A stretch of 64,000 bases of DNA from Eledone cirrhosa (GCA_964016885.1 OZ024765.1:13826001-13890000); one strand, 5' to 3'. Positions 27,711-42,084 are shown, counted from the stretch's first letter. The notes: generated from the letters alone by a model not told the origin. Numbers and translations: made by a program.

Positions 27711-28940
27711 CAGGGGAAAATGCGGGCGCATGTAAAGAAATATTCTTAAATTAATAAACCTAGAAAAGTAAAGGACAAGTTATTACACCTGGAAAAGTAA
27801 AGGACAAGAAAACTTCTTCTTAAAACTTCTTAAAATATTGCAGCTATAGTATAAATTTGAATAATAAAAAATATTTGATTTAAATATACATAGAAAGTGA
27901 TAAATTCTAATAATACAGTTGACTCTCTAATTGATAATAATACTAATTTATGATCATTTATTTAATTTTGTGATCCTAATTTACACCATAGTGGTTGGGT
28001 CATTAAATAAATATACTCTATTTTACTTTACTAAATGGGACTGAAAAAATGAGTGACAATTATAAACATCAAATAAAACAAAATTTTGGCGTGTAAATGA
28101 CACTAACAATTAATTAATAATTAATTAGGGAGCCAACTGTAATGATAAATAATAACAAATTATAATTGTTTAATAATGAAATTTAAGACCTGTCAGAGAT
28201 CAAAATAACCAATCTACATTTTTAGGTAGAGTAAAATTAGACTACAATTAAAAATTAAACATTGTCTAATTCAACAGTTCATCTAATGAATTGATGAATT
28301 CACTATGATTGATTGATTCACTATAAATGAATAATTGATGAATTGACTTTTACCTAATTTTGCCCCTTGAGATGTTGAATTTTACTATATTATAAAAGAA
28401 ATCTGTAATACTCATAAAAAGTGCAATTATATAATGCACTGTTTTTGATTTATTTTACTGCATTATTTTATAACTAAATTTTTAAAAATATAATTTGATT
28501 AAGAGTGAACATTTTTAAATATCTTATAACATAAATTAATAAATTGTACATATTAATTATTATTATTATTAATTATTATTATTAATTATTATTATTATTA
28601 ATTATTGTACAAATTATTGTACAAATTTTATTTTAAAAAGATTAATTTGTATACACCAAGAAAAAAATTAAGTATACAGTAGTCAACTCTCCCTATAAGA
28701 CAGTCATTTTTCCAGTCCTTTAAAGTGATATTTTTTTAACAATTAACCTATAATTATTTATTTTTAGTTTTATAATCTAAATATTTTTTTTCAAATTTAG
28801 ACTTTAGCTGCAATATTTTAAGAAGTTTTAAGAAGAAGTTTTCTTGTTCTTTACTTTTCCAGGTGTAATAACTTGTCCTTTACTTTTCTAGGTTTATTAA
28901 TTTAAGAACATTTCTTTACATGCGCCCGCATTTTTCCCTG
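27711..28940. mobile_element. Non-autonomous Tc1/mariner-type element, ~135-bp TIRs, TA TSD
   Basis: TA|CAGGGGAAAATGCGGGCGCATG...CATGCGCCCGCATTTTTCCCTG|TA; very AT-rich interior. Confidence 0.85.
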
Positions 28941-29065
28941 TAATCCACTTTTTTTCCAGGCAATGCAAGGATATTATATTAATATTAATAAAAATATTTA
29001 TCAACAAATAAGTTAAATAATAATAATAAATAATAATGAATAGGAAGAAGAGCAGATAGGAAAAG

Positions 29066-29138
29066 TAATCAGGGTGGGAATCGAACCCACGACCTTCAGA
29101 TTGCCGGTCTGCTGCTCTACCGACTGAGCTACCTGACC
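29066..29138 (-). tRNA. tRNA-like gene or pseudogene, anticodon GGC (nominally Ala)
   Basis: 73-nt cloverleaf, A box TAGCTCAGTCGG, B box GGTTCGATTCC, TTTT 2 nt downstream; C at position 33 and a mismatch in the anticodon stem. Confidence 0.65.
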
Positions 29139-29849
29139 ACAATTCACTATTGCACAATCTATCACTATTTTAATGTATTAGAAATTAGAAACAAACTAAG
29201 CGTTACTTATGTATGTAGTTCCTTACACTCTTTTGGTCCTCACTTATTTTTATGTAACTTTTTTTCTACTGAACCAAATTTCAATATTTTTATATCAAAA
29301 AGTAGCTTATCTGTGGTCCTATAAAGTGCAAAAAACCGCATCCAATTCTATCAAAAATTGAATTAGTGACAAAGCTTTGAAGGTGTCGCGAGTGACTGAA
29401 ATGGGACCTTAAGAATATTATACACCTACTAGGTGTATGATATAAATAAATGTGTGCGCGTGTGATTGTGTGAATGTATGAATGTGTGCGTGTGTGAATG
29501 TGTGCGTGTTTGTATGAACGTGTGTGTATGTGTGTGTGTGTGAGAATGTGTGTGTGAATGTGTAAATGTGTGTGTGTGTGTGAATGTGTGTGTTTGTGAA
29601 TGATGGGGCCAAAACGGTCTTGGAGAGCCCTAAAAATAGTCAAGGGTGTTGGCCTACTCCCAACCTCAAACAAGTCATAGATGTGGCTCTAATCCCTAAA
29701 ACAGTCTTGGAGAGCCTTAAAACTGCCATGAATGTTGCTTTAGTCCCAAATTCTAAACAATCCTCGAGAGCCTTAAAAGGTACTATAGGGGCTGCTCATC
29801 CCTTCTCTAACTAAACAGTAAAAAATCAGAAATATGTATTGATACTTAC

Positions 29850-29963
29850 GACAATCCATCTCATCAGTTTGATCCAGACAGTCAAACATGCCATCACAGA
29901 CGTAGTCATTAGATATACATTTACCATTGCCACACATAAATTCATTAGTTTTACACTGGTAGG
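29850..29963 (-). CDS. Exon: LDLa repeat 2 ([37 protein letters not shown])
   Basis: LDLa consensus; phase 1-1; ttgcag/gtaagt. Confidence 0.93.
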
Positions 29964-30811
29964 CTGCAAAAGAAGAAAGGATTTTGTTTAAATTTGAAAA
30001 TAACCTGAGGAGTTTTGGTCTTGAAATTACGATGGGTTTCCCTCCACCTAACTTATTTGTATGTACACACTTCTTACAGACCCCATCACCCTCTCCCTAC
30101 CCCCTCCCATAGAGCCATTGCCTTTTCCTTCCTTTTCTGCTTTCATAACCACAAAAGACACTTGAATATTTAATGTCACTTTACTTTGTGTATTGAGTAC
30201 TGTTTTTATTTGCTTATATATGTTCATCATCATTTTACGTCCGCTTTTCCCTGCTTGCAAGGGTGGGACGGGTCCTATTCAGCACAGCATCTCTCCATTC
30301 ATCACGGTCCTTCGCCATCTCCTCCGTGAGCTTCAGCGATCTGAGATCAGCTCTCACCACCTCAGCCCATGTTTTTCGTGGTCTTCTTCTACTGGGATTT
30401 CTTGTCATCCTCCATGTGCATCACATGTCTATACCATCACAGTCTTCTCTCCCGCACACCACAACTTATCCCTCTTATACACAGTTTCTTTCTCAACTCA
30501 TCTATGCTTGGTTGTTCATGCACATTGACATTGCACATCCAACAGAACATGCTTGCTTCATTTCTCTCCAGCCATCGCATATCTTCTGCAGCTGCTGCCC
30601 ATGTCTCACTACCATGCAGCTTCACGCATGTCACACAGGCATCATATAACTGGCCTTTCGTTCAATATTTGAATAAACTATAGTGTTTGTTTTTCAAAAT
30701 AAATAAATTTTACGAGCGGTAACTATATATTTATCACCATTACAAATTGGGAGCCATGACATGGTTAGCGTCAAGGAAAAAAAAAAACAATTGTAAAGTT
30801 TAATAACTCAC

Positions 30812-30969
30812 TGCAGTTGTGTTCGTCTGAACCATCCCTGCAATCCATGCTGCCGTCACATTTGTACTTGAAGTCGATACAGTCACCATTGTTACACTTT
30901 GTCTCATTAACCAGACATTTTGTCGAGCAATTGGAAGTCAAGCAGTGGAATTTTCCGTTGTAACAAGTG
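30812..30969 (-). CDS. Exon: E3 end + LDLa repeat 1
   Basis: C.NGDCI...KCDGSMDCRDGSDE.NC; ttgcag/gtgagt. Confidence 0.93.
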
Positions 30970-31160
30970 CTGCAAAAGAATTGATCACCATTAACATCCA
31001 TAATATGTTCTGTATATGTGTGTGAGAGAGTGTGTGTGTGTGTGCGTGTGTGTGTGTGTGTGTCTGTGTGTGCAAAAGGCAAACAGAAATAACAAAGCAA
31101 ACGATACAGTACATTGAAGAAGTATATTATTAGTTTTACGCTTGATATAGTAGGAAAAGA

Positions 31161-31200
31161 GTCTTAACGTTTCAGACACTAGTCCTTCATCAGAAAATAG
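31161..31200 (-). ncRNA. Minimal hammerhead motif (family shared with 40695-40732)
   Basis: CTGATGA-AGGACTAGTGTCT-GAAACGTTA; weak stem I. Confidence 0.55.
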
Positions 31201-31264
31201 AATAAGAAATTAAAGAGTAAATAGAAAGACTGAGGAGACGGGCAGTGGCAGAAACGAATGAGTG

Positions 31265-31941
<677 letters not shown>

Positions 31942-31998
31942 GTCTGAGATTCATGTAAAGATTATATTTTGACAAATAAAAGGTAACTGAAATCTTAC

Positions 31999-32092
31999 CA
32001 ATTGTTACATTCTGATGTGATTATCGACCCAGGAGGGTACTGCCTCCCATTTTCATAACATTTACACTCAGAGGCTGGGATACATTTGTTGC
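31999..32092 (-). CDS. Exon: TIL3 end/E3 (NKCIPASECKCYENGRQYPPGS...CNN)
   Basis: gtcag/gtaaga; phase 1-2. Confidence 0.9.
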
Positions 32093-32369
32093 CTGACAAC
32101 ATGGTAGATAACATCAGTGTTAGTATGGTAGCAATAGAACAGGCATGAGTGATAGTATGGCAGTGATAGTATGATAGGTATAGTACAGACATGTATGTTA
32201 GTATGGTAGCAATAGAGCAGACATCACTGATAGTATGGCAGTGATAGTATGATAGGTATAGTACAGACATGTATGTTAGTATGGTAGGCATAGTATGGTT
32301 GTTTATGTTAGTATAAAAGGAGTAGAACATACCTCAGTTAGTATGACAGCAGTAGTATAGACATGTATA

Positions 32370-33880
32370 TTAGTATGGCAGGAATAGAACAGGACTTAAT
32401 GATAGTGTAGGAGAAATAGAACAGCTCTTTATGTTAGTATGGCAGGAATAGAACAGGACTTAATGATAGTGTAGGAGAAATAGAACAGCTCTTTATGTTA
32501 GTATGGTAGGTATAGAAGAGGTCTTAATGATAGTGTGGGAGAAATAGAACAGCTCTTTATGTTAGTATGGTAGATATAGAAGAGGCCTTAATGATAGTGT
32601 GGGAGAAATAGAACAGCTCTTTATGTTAGTATGGTAGATATAGAAGAGGCCTTAATGATACAGTGGGAGAAATAGAACAGCTCTTTATGTTAGTATGGTA
32701 GATATAGAAGAGGCCTTAATGATAGAGTGGGAGAAATAGAACAGCTCTTTATGTTAGTATGGTAGATATAGAAGAGGCCTTAATGATACAGTGGGAGAAA
32801 TAGAACAGCTCTTTATGTTAGTATGGTAGATATAGAAGAGGCCTTAATGATAGAGTGGGAGAAATAGAACAGCTCTTTATGTTAGTATGGTAGATATAGA
32901 AGAGGCCTTAATGATAGAGTGGGAGAAATAGAACAGCTCTTTATGTTAGTATGGTAGATATAGAAGAGGCCTTAATGATACAGTGGGAGAAATAGAACAG
33001 CTCTTTATGTTAGTATGGTAGATATAGAAGAGGCCTTAATGATACAGTGGGAGAAATAGAACAGCTCTTTATGTTAGTATGGTAGATATAGAAGAGGCCT
33101 TATTGATAGAGTGGGAGAAATAGAACAGCTCTTTATGTTAGTATGGTAGGTATAGAAGAGGCTTTATTGATAGCGTGGGAGAAATAGAACAGCTCTTTAT
33201 GTTAGTATGGTAGATATAGAAGAGGCTTTATTGATAGCGTGGGAGAAATAGAACAGCTCTTTATGTTAGTATGGTAGATATAGAAGAGGCCTTAATGATA
33301 CAGTGGGAGAAATAGAACAGCTCTTTATGTTAGTATGGTAGATATAGAAGAGGCCTTAATGATAGAGTAGGAGAAATAGAACAGCTCTTTATGTTAGTAT
33401 GGTAGATATAGAAGAGGCCTTAATGATACAGTGGGAGAAATAGAACAGCTCTTTATGTTAGTATGGTAGATATAGAAGAGGCCTTATTGATAGAGTGGGA
33501 GAAATAGAACAGCTCTTTATGTTAGTATGGTAGGTATAGAAGAGGCTTTATTGATAGCGTGGGAGAAATAGAACAGCTCTTTATGTTAGTATGGTAGATA
33601 TAGAAGAGGCTTTATTGATAGAGTGGGAGAAATAGAACAGCTCTTTATGTTAGTATGGTAGATATAGAAGAGGTCTTAATGATAGAGTGGGAGAAATAGA
33701 ACAGCTCTTTATGTTAGTATGGTAGATATAGAAGAGGCCTTAATGATACAGTGGGAGAAATAGAACAGCTCTTTATGTTAGTATGGTAGATATAGAAGAG
33801 GTCTTATTGATAGAGTGGGAGAAATAGAACAGCTCTTTATGTTAGTATGGTAGATATAGAAGAGGTCTTATTGATAGTGT
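32370..33880. repeat. 64-bp minisatellite, ~23 copies
   Basis: tagtatggtagatatagaagaggccttaatgat...gaacagctctttatgt. Confidence 0.97.
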
Positions 33881-33981
33881 GGTGGGAATAACAGGATTAG
33901 AACATCAACTTATGTTAATATGACATATGACTCTTTTGTGTGTAAGAAATGTGAAAATGTAAATATTTGGTGACAACTTAC

Positions 33982-34131
33982 GTTCTTGGACATAACCCGA
34001 TGGACAGAAACATCCTTCAATACAATGTGTGGACTGACAGAATTTCTCTGGTTCGTCTCCGATGTTACGACATGTTGCCTGGCATGGTGGACCACATGAT
34101 ATATATCTGAAGCCATTTTCACACTGAATAG
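33982..34131 (-). CDS. Exon: TIL3
   Basis: IQCENGFRYISCGPPCQATC...CIEGCFCP; tttcag/gtaagt. Confidence 0.93.
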
Positions 34132-34152
34132 CTGAAATATATATATATATAT

Positions 34153-34293
34153 CAGTGGCAAAGGGTAACCTGGAAAGTAGGGCATACAGTCCAATCGCCA
34201 TGATGGAAAGTGGGGCTGTGCAGCCTTAGCCCCCCCCCCCCCCTCCCAATTCCCTCTAAATGACCCTCCCGGTCAAAGCCACATGTAGTTTTA

Positions 34294-34354
<61 letters not shown>

Positions 34355-34598
34355 TGTGTGTGTTATCTTTTTATATATCTACGATTTAGTAAGCAGTCAA
34401 AATTTTGCTTGCCCCAAAGCTGTCGTGTGTTTGTGTGTATGAGTGCGTGTGTATGTGTGCGTGTGTGTGTGTTATCTTTTTTTGTGTCTACGATTTAGTA
34501 AGCAGCCAAAATTCTGCTTGCTTCAACCGACGCAATTGATCAACTCAAGATTCTACAATGCATGCACGGCATGCGTTGTATGCACGGACCCTTCGCCC

Positions 34599-34601
<3 letters not shown>
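34153..34601. mobile_element. hAT-like MITE inserted in (TA)n
   Basis: TIRs CAGTGGCAAAGGGT / ACCCTTCGCCCCTG. Confidence 0.6.
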
Positions 34602-34641
<40 letters not shown>

Positions 34642-34939
34642 TTTCAAGTCATAAGGGACCTAAATCGATTAGGATATTATTTGAACACATATATATATAT
34701 ATATATATGTAAAAGGAAGGGGTGAGTATGAAAAATGTAAGAAGAGATAAAGAGAGAGAGATACATTTTTCATACTCACTTTTTACCTACATCTTGCTCC
34801 ACATCCCCTTCTTCGTCATATTTAAGTTTATCATGTTATTATTTGTGTATATAAATATTGAGATTTGTTGTAATAAATCACTACCAAAACTGGAATTGAA
34901 CCATCAAGACAGTTGAGGTATGTCATACATCAATTCATG

Positions 34940-35004
34940 TATTTTATCTGATGAGGACGTACTGAAAAAACAGCACAGTACCTCCGAAATATATATAATA
35001 AAAC
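34940..35004 (+). ncRNA. Type I hammerhead ribozyme
   Basis: TTTTAT-CTGATGA-GGA(GTACTG/CAGTAC)TCC-GAAA-TATATA-TA-ATAAAA. Confidence 0.78.
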
Positions 35005-35370
35005 ATACTGATGTTTGTGCATTGCCCTATGTACTGTACATGCACTTTTTTGATGAGTTGTGGTGCACCTGGGCACTGTACACAATATTTCATTATTGTT
35101 ATTGTTATTATATCATGACTCATACACTGTTCATTCTCCTGACACTTTATTATTCTATGTACTATACATGCACCTTTGATGAGTTGTAGTGCACCTGAGC
35201 ACTGTACACAATAATTTCATTATTATTATATAGTTTGATTATGTGAATGTATTCATTTATAAATATTTTGAATAATCTTATTAACTCCAGAAAACTTCCT
35301 TGTAGAGTGCTTTTAATCTATTGTAAAACTATATTCATTGAGTAATCAATGAATCATATTAATCTTTGGT

Positions 35371-35397
<27 letters not shown>

Positions 35398-35401
<4 letters not shown>

Positions 35402-35785
35402 GTTTCTACTTTAGGCACAAGGCCAGCAATTACCCAGTGCATTACTGGTACTTTATTTTATCGACCCCGTAAGGATGAAAGGCAAAGTCAACCTCGGCGG
35501 GATTTGAACTCAGATCGTAAAGGGACGTAACTATGCTGGAAAGCATGGCGTCCGACCCTCTACCGATACTGCCAATCCACCGCCTATATATATATAATTG
35601 TTTCTACTTTAGGCACAAGGCCAGCAATTACCCAGTGTATTACTGGTACTTTATTTTATCGACCCCGTAAGGATGAAAGGCAAAGTCAGCCTCGGCGGGA
35701 TTTGAACTCAGATCGTAAAGGGACGTAACTCTATGCTGGAAAGCATGGCGTCCGACCCTCTACCGATACTGCCAATCCACCGCCT
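35398..35785 (-). mobile_element. Two tandem copies of tRNA-headed SINE family B (many more at ~13920, 18430, 24800, 26190-26860, 38430-38860, 41710, 44830, 55040-55410, 56100-56530)
   Basis: GGCGGTGGATTGGCAG...GAGTTCAAATCCCGCC...AAATAAAGTACCAGT. Confidence 0.85.
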
Positions 35786-36161
35786 ATATATATATATATA
35801 ATAAGAACAAAGTAGAGGTGTTATATAGGAGATTTATGCTCAATCCTGGTTACAAATGTTTCTCAAGCAGCTGGCTCGTGATCTGGGATGGCACCTCCAG
35901 ACCAGACTCCAAGTCTACCTGATCCTCAGACCAGTGTTAACACAACAAAAATCACATCAAATCTGTGGACGATATATATTACATATTTCAGATATATATT
36001 ACATACTTTATAATATATATTAAATATATATTATATATATTACATACTTTATAATATATATTAAATATATATTATATATATTACATATTTTATAATGTAT
36101 ATTAAATATATTATATATATTACATACTTTACATATATATTACATATATAAAGCTACTTAC

Positions 36162-36271
36162 GACACAAATGTTGGTGTCTCCATTTAACATGGTGTCCAT
36201 TTTTGTTGCATTCTTCCACGAAATTTGCAATGGCCGTACACAAACATTCACAGTCTCCACCACTGTCACAG
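36162..36271 (-). CDS. Exon: C8-3 second half ([21 protein letters not shown]...WRHQHLC)
   Basis: [13 protein letters not shown] motif characteristic of D3 assemblies; cttcag/gtaagt. Confidence 0.95.
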
Positions 36272-36852
36272 CTGAAGATATATATATAGAGAAATATAAC
36301 TGATGGGAAACAAGACAAACAAACATTGGAATCCTCATGGAATCCTTCATAGATCTATCTCACATAACATTTACATTACTATATATATACTATTGTATTT
36401 CCACAGTAAAGGCTTTACCTCACATAATGTCTCACATAACATTTACATTACTCTATATATACTATTGTATTTTCACAGTAAAGGCTTTACCTCAGATAAT
36501 ATCTCACATAACATTTACATTACTCTATATTTACTATTATATTTTCACAGTAAAGGCTATACCTCACATAAATATCTCACATAATATCAAATCTATGAGA
36601 TTTTGATATATATTTTGAGAATGATACCTTATCATCAAAATGAGTGGCTAGTTATGGATGGTTTGAATAGAAAGAGGTGAGATAATTCTAACCAGATATG
36701 GCTGGTTTAAATCCTTCATAGATTTAAACATTGGGTGTTCCAGTTGTTTGATAAACAGAATGACCTGTTTATAGAATTTATGTGTATGTGGCTGATTAAA
36801 GTTTCACCCTAAATGGGATCTACTAAAACTTATATATATACTGTAGACTTAC

Positions 36853-36986
36853 CCACAAGCGTCATCCATGCAATCCTTGTGATATATTCTTGCTTTGTCT
36901 TCTGATATGGTGTCTCTACATGCTTTAAAAAGTGGTCCCATTATAATTGAACAAGACTCTTCTGCCCAGAAACGTCGTTTATTGCC
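36853..36986 (-). CDS. Exon: C8-3 first half (RRFWAEESCSIIMGPLFKAC...CMDDAC)
   Basis: WAE..CSI....F..C motif; ctgcag/gtaagt. Confidence 0.92.
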
Positions 36987-37588
36987 CTGCAGGAGAAATA
37001 TTAATCCTTTAACATTTATAAACTATTGTATTTTGGGGGCAAAGGCTTTATCTCACTTAATTATCTCACATAGCATTTACATTACTCTATATATACTATT
37101 ATATTTTCATGGTAAAGGCTTTTCCTCACATAATATATCACATAACATTTACATTACTCTATATTTACTATTGTATTTTCATTGGGCAGCAACTGCAGGG
37201 GATATGCGACGGCTGGAGAGAAATGAGGCAAGCATGCTCTGTTGGGTGAGCAATGTCAATGTGCGTGAACGACCCAGCATGGATGTGTTGAGAGAGAAAC
37301 TGTGTCTGAGAGGGATAGAATGTAGTGTGCGAAAAAGGAGACTGCGGTGGTATGGACATGTGATGCGCATGGAGGATGACCGATGAGTGAAGAAGTGCCA
37401 GGAAATGCCAGTTGAAGGAAGACGTGGTAGAGGTAGACCACGAAAAACATGGGCAGAGGTGGTGAGAACAGACTTCAGATCGCTGAAGCTCACAGTGGAG
37501 ATGACGAAGGACTGTGACAAGTGGAGAGATGCTGTACTGAATAAGACCCATCCTACCCTTGCAAGCAGGGAAAAGCGGACGTAAAATA

Positions 37589-37627
<39 letters not shown>

Positions 37628-38167
37628 GTAAAGGATTTACCTTATATAATTATGTCACATAATATCGAATATATGAGATTTTGATATTATTCATTTTGAG
37701 AACAATGCCTTAACATTAATAGGAGTGGCCAGTTTCGAACAGTTTGACCAGAAAGAGATGAGAGACTTCTGGTCCGATACAGCCAGTTTAAATGATAAAG
37801 GGTTAACAAAGATTTTTACATATAATAATGATGGAAGGTTTTTAGATAAATATAAACACTTTAGAATAGAGAGTTTTGCATTGAAGAACCAGGGGTGGTT
37901 TCAGACAGACCTGCCAACCTCTAAAAACCCAAACGAGGCATTCCAGAAAAAGAAAGTGCCTCCACATGGGGAGAAATGAGGCAAAATGGGGAGATTTTAA
38001 TTAATGAAAGCAAAATGGAGAGATTTTAATTAATGAAAGCTATACCCATTTTTAAAAGAGAAGACATCTCTCCCTCTCACACCACAAAGTGGGTGGGAGA
38101 TCTCCCCATCCTATGAGGAGAGTTGACAAGTCAGTTTCAGGCATAAAGACTACTAAAAACTCCTTAC

Positions 38168-38376
38168 CTCACATGGAGAGAATTTATCTGCTGGTTTGTC
38201 TTGATTAATCTTTGGACAGTCATTTATTCTCCAGCTGTGGCCAAATGAAGAATCTTTGGAGAGAAGCATTCCATCAGGAGAAGCAAAGTCATCTTCTGTG
38301 TCCCCATTGTAGTTACCACATAGTCCCTCTACCTCATTCCTCCAGGTTTTGTTCAAATGGAGGTAAACACGAGTCC
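38168..38376 (-). CDS. Exon: VWD3 end (GTRVYLHL...EGLCGNYNGDTEDDF...FGHSWRINDCP)
   Basis: GLCGNY.G...DDF motif; aacag/gtaagg. Confidence 0.95.
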
Positions 38377-38950
38377 CTGTTAAGTGAAATATCAAGAGTG
38401 GGTCATTATTTGTTGTTCTCATGTCTAGGGTGGTAGATTGACCGGATTGTTAGAGTGTCATACAACATGCTTTGCAGAATATAGTTACATTCATTTAACT
38501 TCTAAGTTCAAATCTTGCCTTTCATGCTTACAGGGCCAATTAAATAAAGCACCAGTAATGCACTGGGGTCGATTTAATCGACTTTCCTCTCCCCCAAATT
38601 GTTGGTCATGTGCTTAAATAAAAAACCATTATTCCCATGTCTAGGATGGTGGATTGGTATTACTGTTAGAGTGTTGGACAAGATGTTTTGTGGCTTATAG
38701 TTGTGCCTATTTAATTTCTAAGTTCAAATCCTGCCACAGTTATCTTTGCCTTTCATCCTTACGTGGTCGAAATAAAGTACCAGTAATGCACTGGGGTCAA
38801 TTTAATCGACTTTCCACTCCCCCCTAAATTGTTGTTGTTGACCTTGTGCCTATAGGAGAAACCAAACTTTTTTTTTTCATATAAAGCGTGAAACTAATAA
38901 GACTTTTTGAACCTCTGTTTTGTTATTTCCTTGAATTGTATATATGTATA

Positions 38951-39001
<51 letters not shown>

Positions 39002-39427
39002 ATATCATCATTTTTCATCAATTCATTTTACGTCCGCTTTTCCCTGCTTGCAAGGGTGGGACGGGAACTGATTCTGGCTTGATTTCTACAGCTGGATGCC
39101 CTTCCTAACACCAACCTCATTTACAGTGAGTGCTGGGTGCTTTTTTGCCGTGGCACCTCCACGACCACTTTGCAGTGGAATGATAGGGACCCCAGTCCCT
39201 ATCATCTCATTTCTACAGCTGAGTAAACTGGAGCAATGTGAAATAAAGTGTCTTGCTCAAGGAAATAACACATCACCCGGTCTGAGAATTGAACTCACAA
39301 CCTTTCGATTGCAAGGCTAATGCTCTAACCACTAAGCCATGTGCCTCTATATATATATATTTATAGAGAGAGGGAGAGAGAGAGAGAGAGAGGGAGAGAG
39401 TGACAGATGGAAGTGAAAATTACTTAC

Positions 39428-39769
39428 CAAAATCCCACTGAATGATCAAGCCAAATTTGGTGACAATATGGAGGAACATCCCAGCGGTATAAATATTAAT
39501 ATCAACTCCATTATACTCATTGTTCTGCAGTCCGACATCATTCACACTCACGTTGCCACCATGGATTAAATGAATCTTTGTCTTCCAGATCTTAATGTTC
39601 ACAGATTTTGTACACGTCACCCCGGAGGTTCCACATTTGATGTTCTCTGCTGATATTATGAATGTGTCGTCTTTCGACTTGGATAGAACGTAGTCACAGG
39701 ATCCCATAAAAGTGAAGTGTTTTCCGTCGAATGTTGTGTAGTGAGGGTCCCCAGAGGCCCAACATGTGG
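39428..39769 (-). CDS. Exon: VWD3 (TCWASGDPHYTTFDGKHFTFMGSCDYVL...ENIKCGTSGVTCTKSV...)
   Basis: Classic mucin/VWF D3 motifs; tattag/gtaagt. Confidence 0.95.
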
Positions 39770-40098
39770 CTAATAAAAGAAAGAAACATACAGAGGTTTA
39801 TGTTTAACCTTCAGCACAGTGAATTATTTCATGAATTACTTTCCTTGACACTGTATTATTTATTAAGGGGCGATTACTCTATCAACGACATAAGGCACCT
39901 AGAGCACACATATATGTAACTCTTTAGCATTTAAACTGGCTGTATCTGGCCAGAATTCATTCACCTCTTTCTGTTCAAACCAGCCATAACTGGCCACTCA
40001 TACTGATGTTAAGGTACATTTGGAAAGAGGATTTTTAAATGATACAATAACTAAAACCAATTGAAACTCCCAGCACTATTCAGGGCCTCTCAGTTTAA

Positions 40099-40309
40099 CC
40101 CTTTAGCATTTAAACTGGCCATATCTGGCCAGAATTTTCTTACCTTTTTCTGTTCAAACTGACCACTCATACTGATGTTAAGGTATTGTTATCAAAATAA
40201 ATAATATAAAAATCTTGCAGATTCGATATTTTGTGAGATAATTATGTGAGATAAAGCCTTTACCGTGAAAATATAATAGTATATATAGAGTAATGTAAAT
40301 GCTAAAGGG
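40099..40309 (+). mobile_element. Complete TTAA MITE (piggyBac-like)
   Basis: TTAA-CCCTTTAGCATTTA...TAAATGCTAAAGGG-TTAA. Confidence 0.8.
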
Positions 40310-40536
40310 TTAACTTGGCCATATCTGGCCAGAATTCTCTCACCTCTTTCTGTTCAAACAGGCCATATCAGGCCGCTCATACTGATATTAAGGTATTGTT
40401 TTCAAAATAAATAATATCAAAATCTAGTGGATTCGATATTATGTGATATAATTGTGTAAGTTAAACCCTTTACTGCAAATGTTGATATATGATTATATAT
40501 ATATAATAGGTGAAATGTACAGAAAATATTATTTAC

Positions 40537-40586
40537 CTGAACAACCAAGTTCTCTTTCTTTTATCCAAGTTCGATCATAACATTTT
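40537..40586 (-). CDS. Small exon: E' end (KCYDRTWIKERELGCS)
   Basis: ctgtag/gtaaat; phase 2-1 fits both neighbours. Confidence 0.85.
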
Positions 40587-40694
40587 CTACAGAATAAATG
40601 TAAATAGGGATATAAGATAAACGGAAAAACAAAACAAACGATACAGTACATGGAAGGAATATATTAGTTTAATGCTTAAAATAGCAGGGAGAGA

Positions 40695-40732
40695 GTCTTA
40701 AAGTTTCAGACACTAGTCCTTCATCAGAAGAC
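40695..40732 (-). ncRNA. Minimal hammerhead motif
   Basis: GTCTT-CTGATGA-AGGACTAGTGTCT-GAAACTTT-AAGAC. Confidence 0.6.
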
Positions 40733-41537
40733 AGAGTTAGAAATAGAAGATAAATAGAAAGTAAAGTATGATAAGGGGAGTTAAATGTATGAGATAAATT
40801 TGGGCAAATAAGTATTTACAAGGACAAATATAGGGTTAGAATCCTGGACCTTGTGAAAGAGAACTTCTTATTGTAGAACATGACTGAGATATTATTATAT
40901 AAATATTCAAATGTCATACAGGATTAAATGTGTGATGAGTAATTAAGAGGATTGACTGAAAAGTTCATAAGCTGACTATGAAGGAATGATGCTAGAGCTG
41001 TGAAATCTTGCACACATTATTTTCAACTTTTCTTATTACTAACTGCATTGTTTCATTCCAGGAACTATGTTGAAAAATAAACCTCATATGGTCATTCCAT
41101 GAGAGTATCTTGGTTAGCCTATGAAGAAGTGATGCTAGAGCTGTGAAATCTTACATGTATTATTTTCAACTCTTCTTATTAATAACTGCATTGTTTCTTT
41201 CCAGGGACTATGTTGAAAAAATAAATCTCATTTGGTCATTCCATGAGAGTATCTTGGTCAGCCTAGGGAACTTTTATAGGGTGGGTGGAAACAAAATCCC
41301 TATTCAAAATTGTGAATACTTTCAAGAGGAGTATTAACTAGTAGATATGCCTGCCTTGGAAGAAGGTGCACCTCTCGTATGGGGAAATAACCATTGCGTC
41401 ATCAAGTATGAAATTTGTAGAAATTTTTTTTTTTTCTACAAATCTCTACAAATTTCATACTTAACGATCCATTATTTACAGGGACAAATGTAAGATTAGA
41501 CCCAAGACTTTGTGATTGCAAAGTCAACTTTACTTAC

Positions 41538-41629
41538 AGTTCTGTACAACCAATCTTGATCTTTTCTTTTTGTTTATACCATTTTCCTTTATAAGAACAT
41601 GGACATTCCTTTGATTCTATACAAGTTCC
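41538..41629 (-). CDS. Exon: TIL'/E' (GTCIESKECPCSYKGKWYKQKEKIKIGCTE)
   Basis: Not in ORF track; bridges phase 0 to phase 2; gtatag/gtaagt. Confidence 0.9.
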
Positions 41630-42053
41630 CTATACAGAATAGACAAGACATAGAGATAAATATATATATACAAGCATATATACACAATATAATCTGTTCT
41701 TATAATAAATTGTTTCTACTTTTGGCACAAGGCCAGCAATTACCCAGTACATTACTGGTACTTTATTTTATCGACCCCGTAAGGATGAAAGGCAAAGTTA
41801 ACCTCGGCGGGATTTGAACTCAGATCGTAAAGGGACGTAACTATGCTGCAAAGCATGGCGTCCGACTCTCTACCGATACTGTTAATTCACCGCCTTCTGT
41901 TCTTATAATAAATATTTGCTCTACGGGTTTATATATATATTTTTCGTATATATATATATATTATATATATATTTTTGGCCGTATATATATATATATTATA
42001 TATATATTTTTGGCCGTACTCGAAAACGAGTTGGCAGCCACCATGTATATATG

Positions 42054-42084
<31 letters not shown>

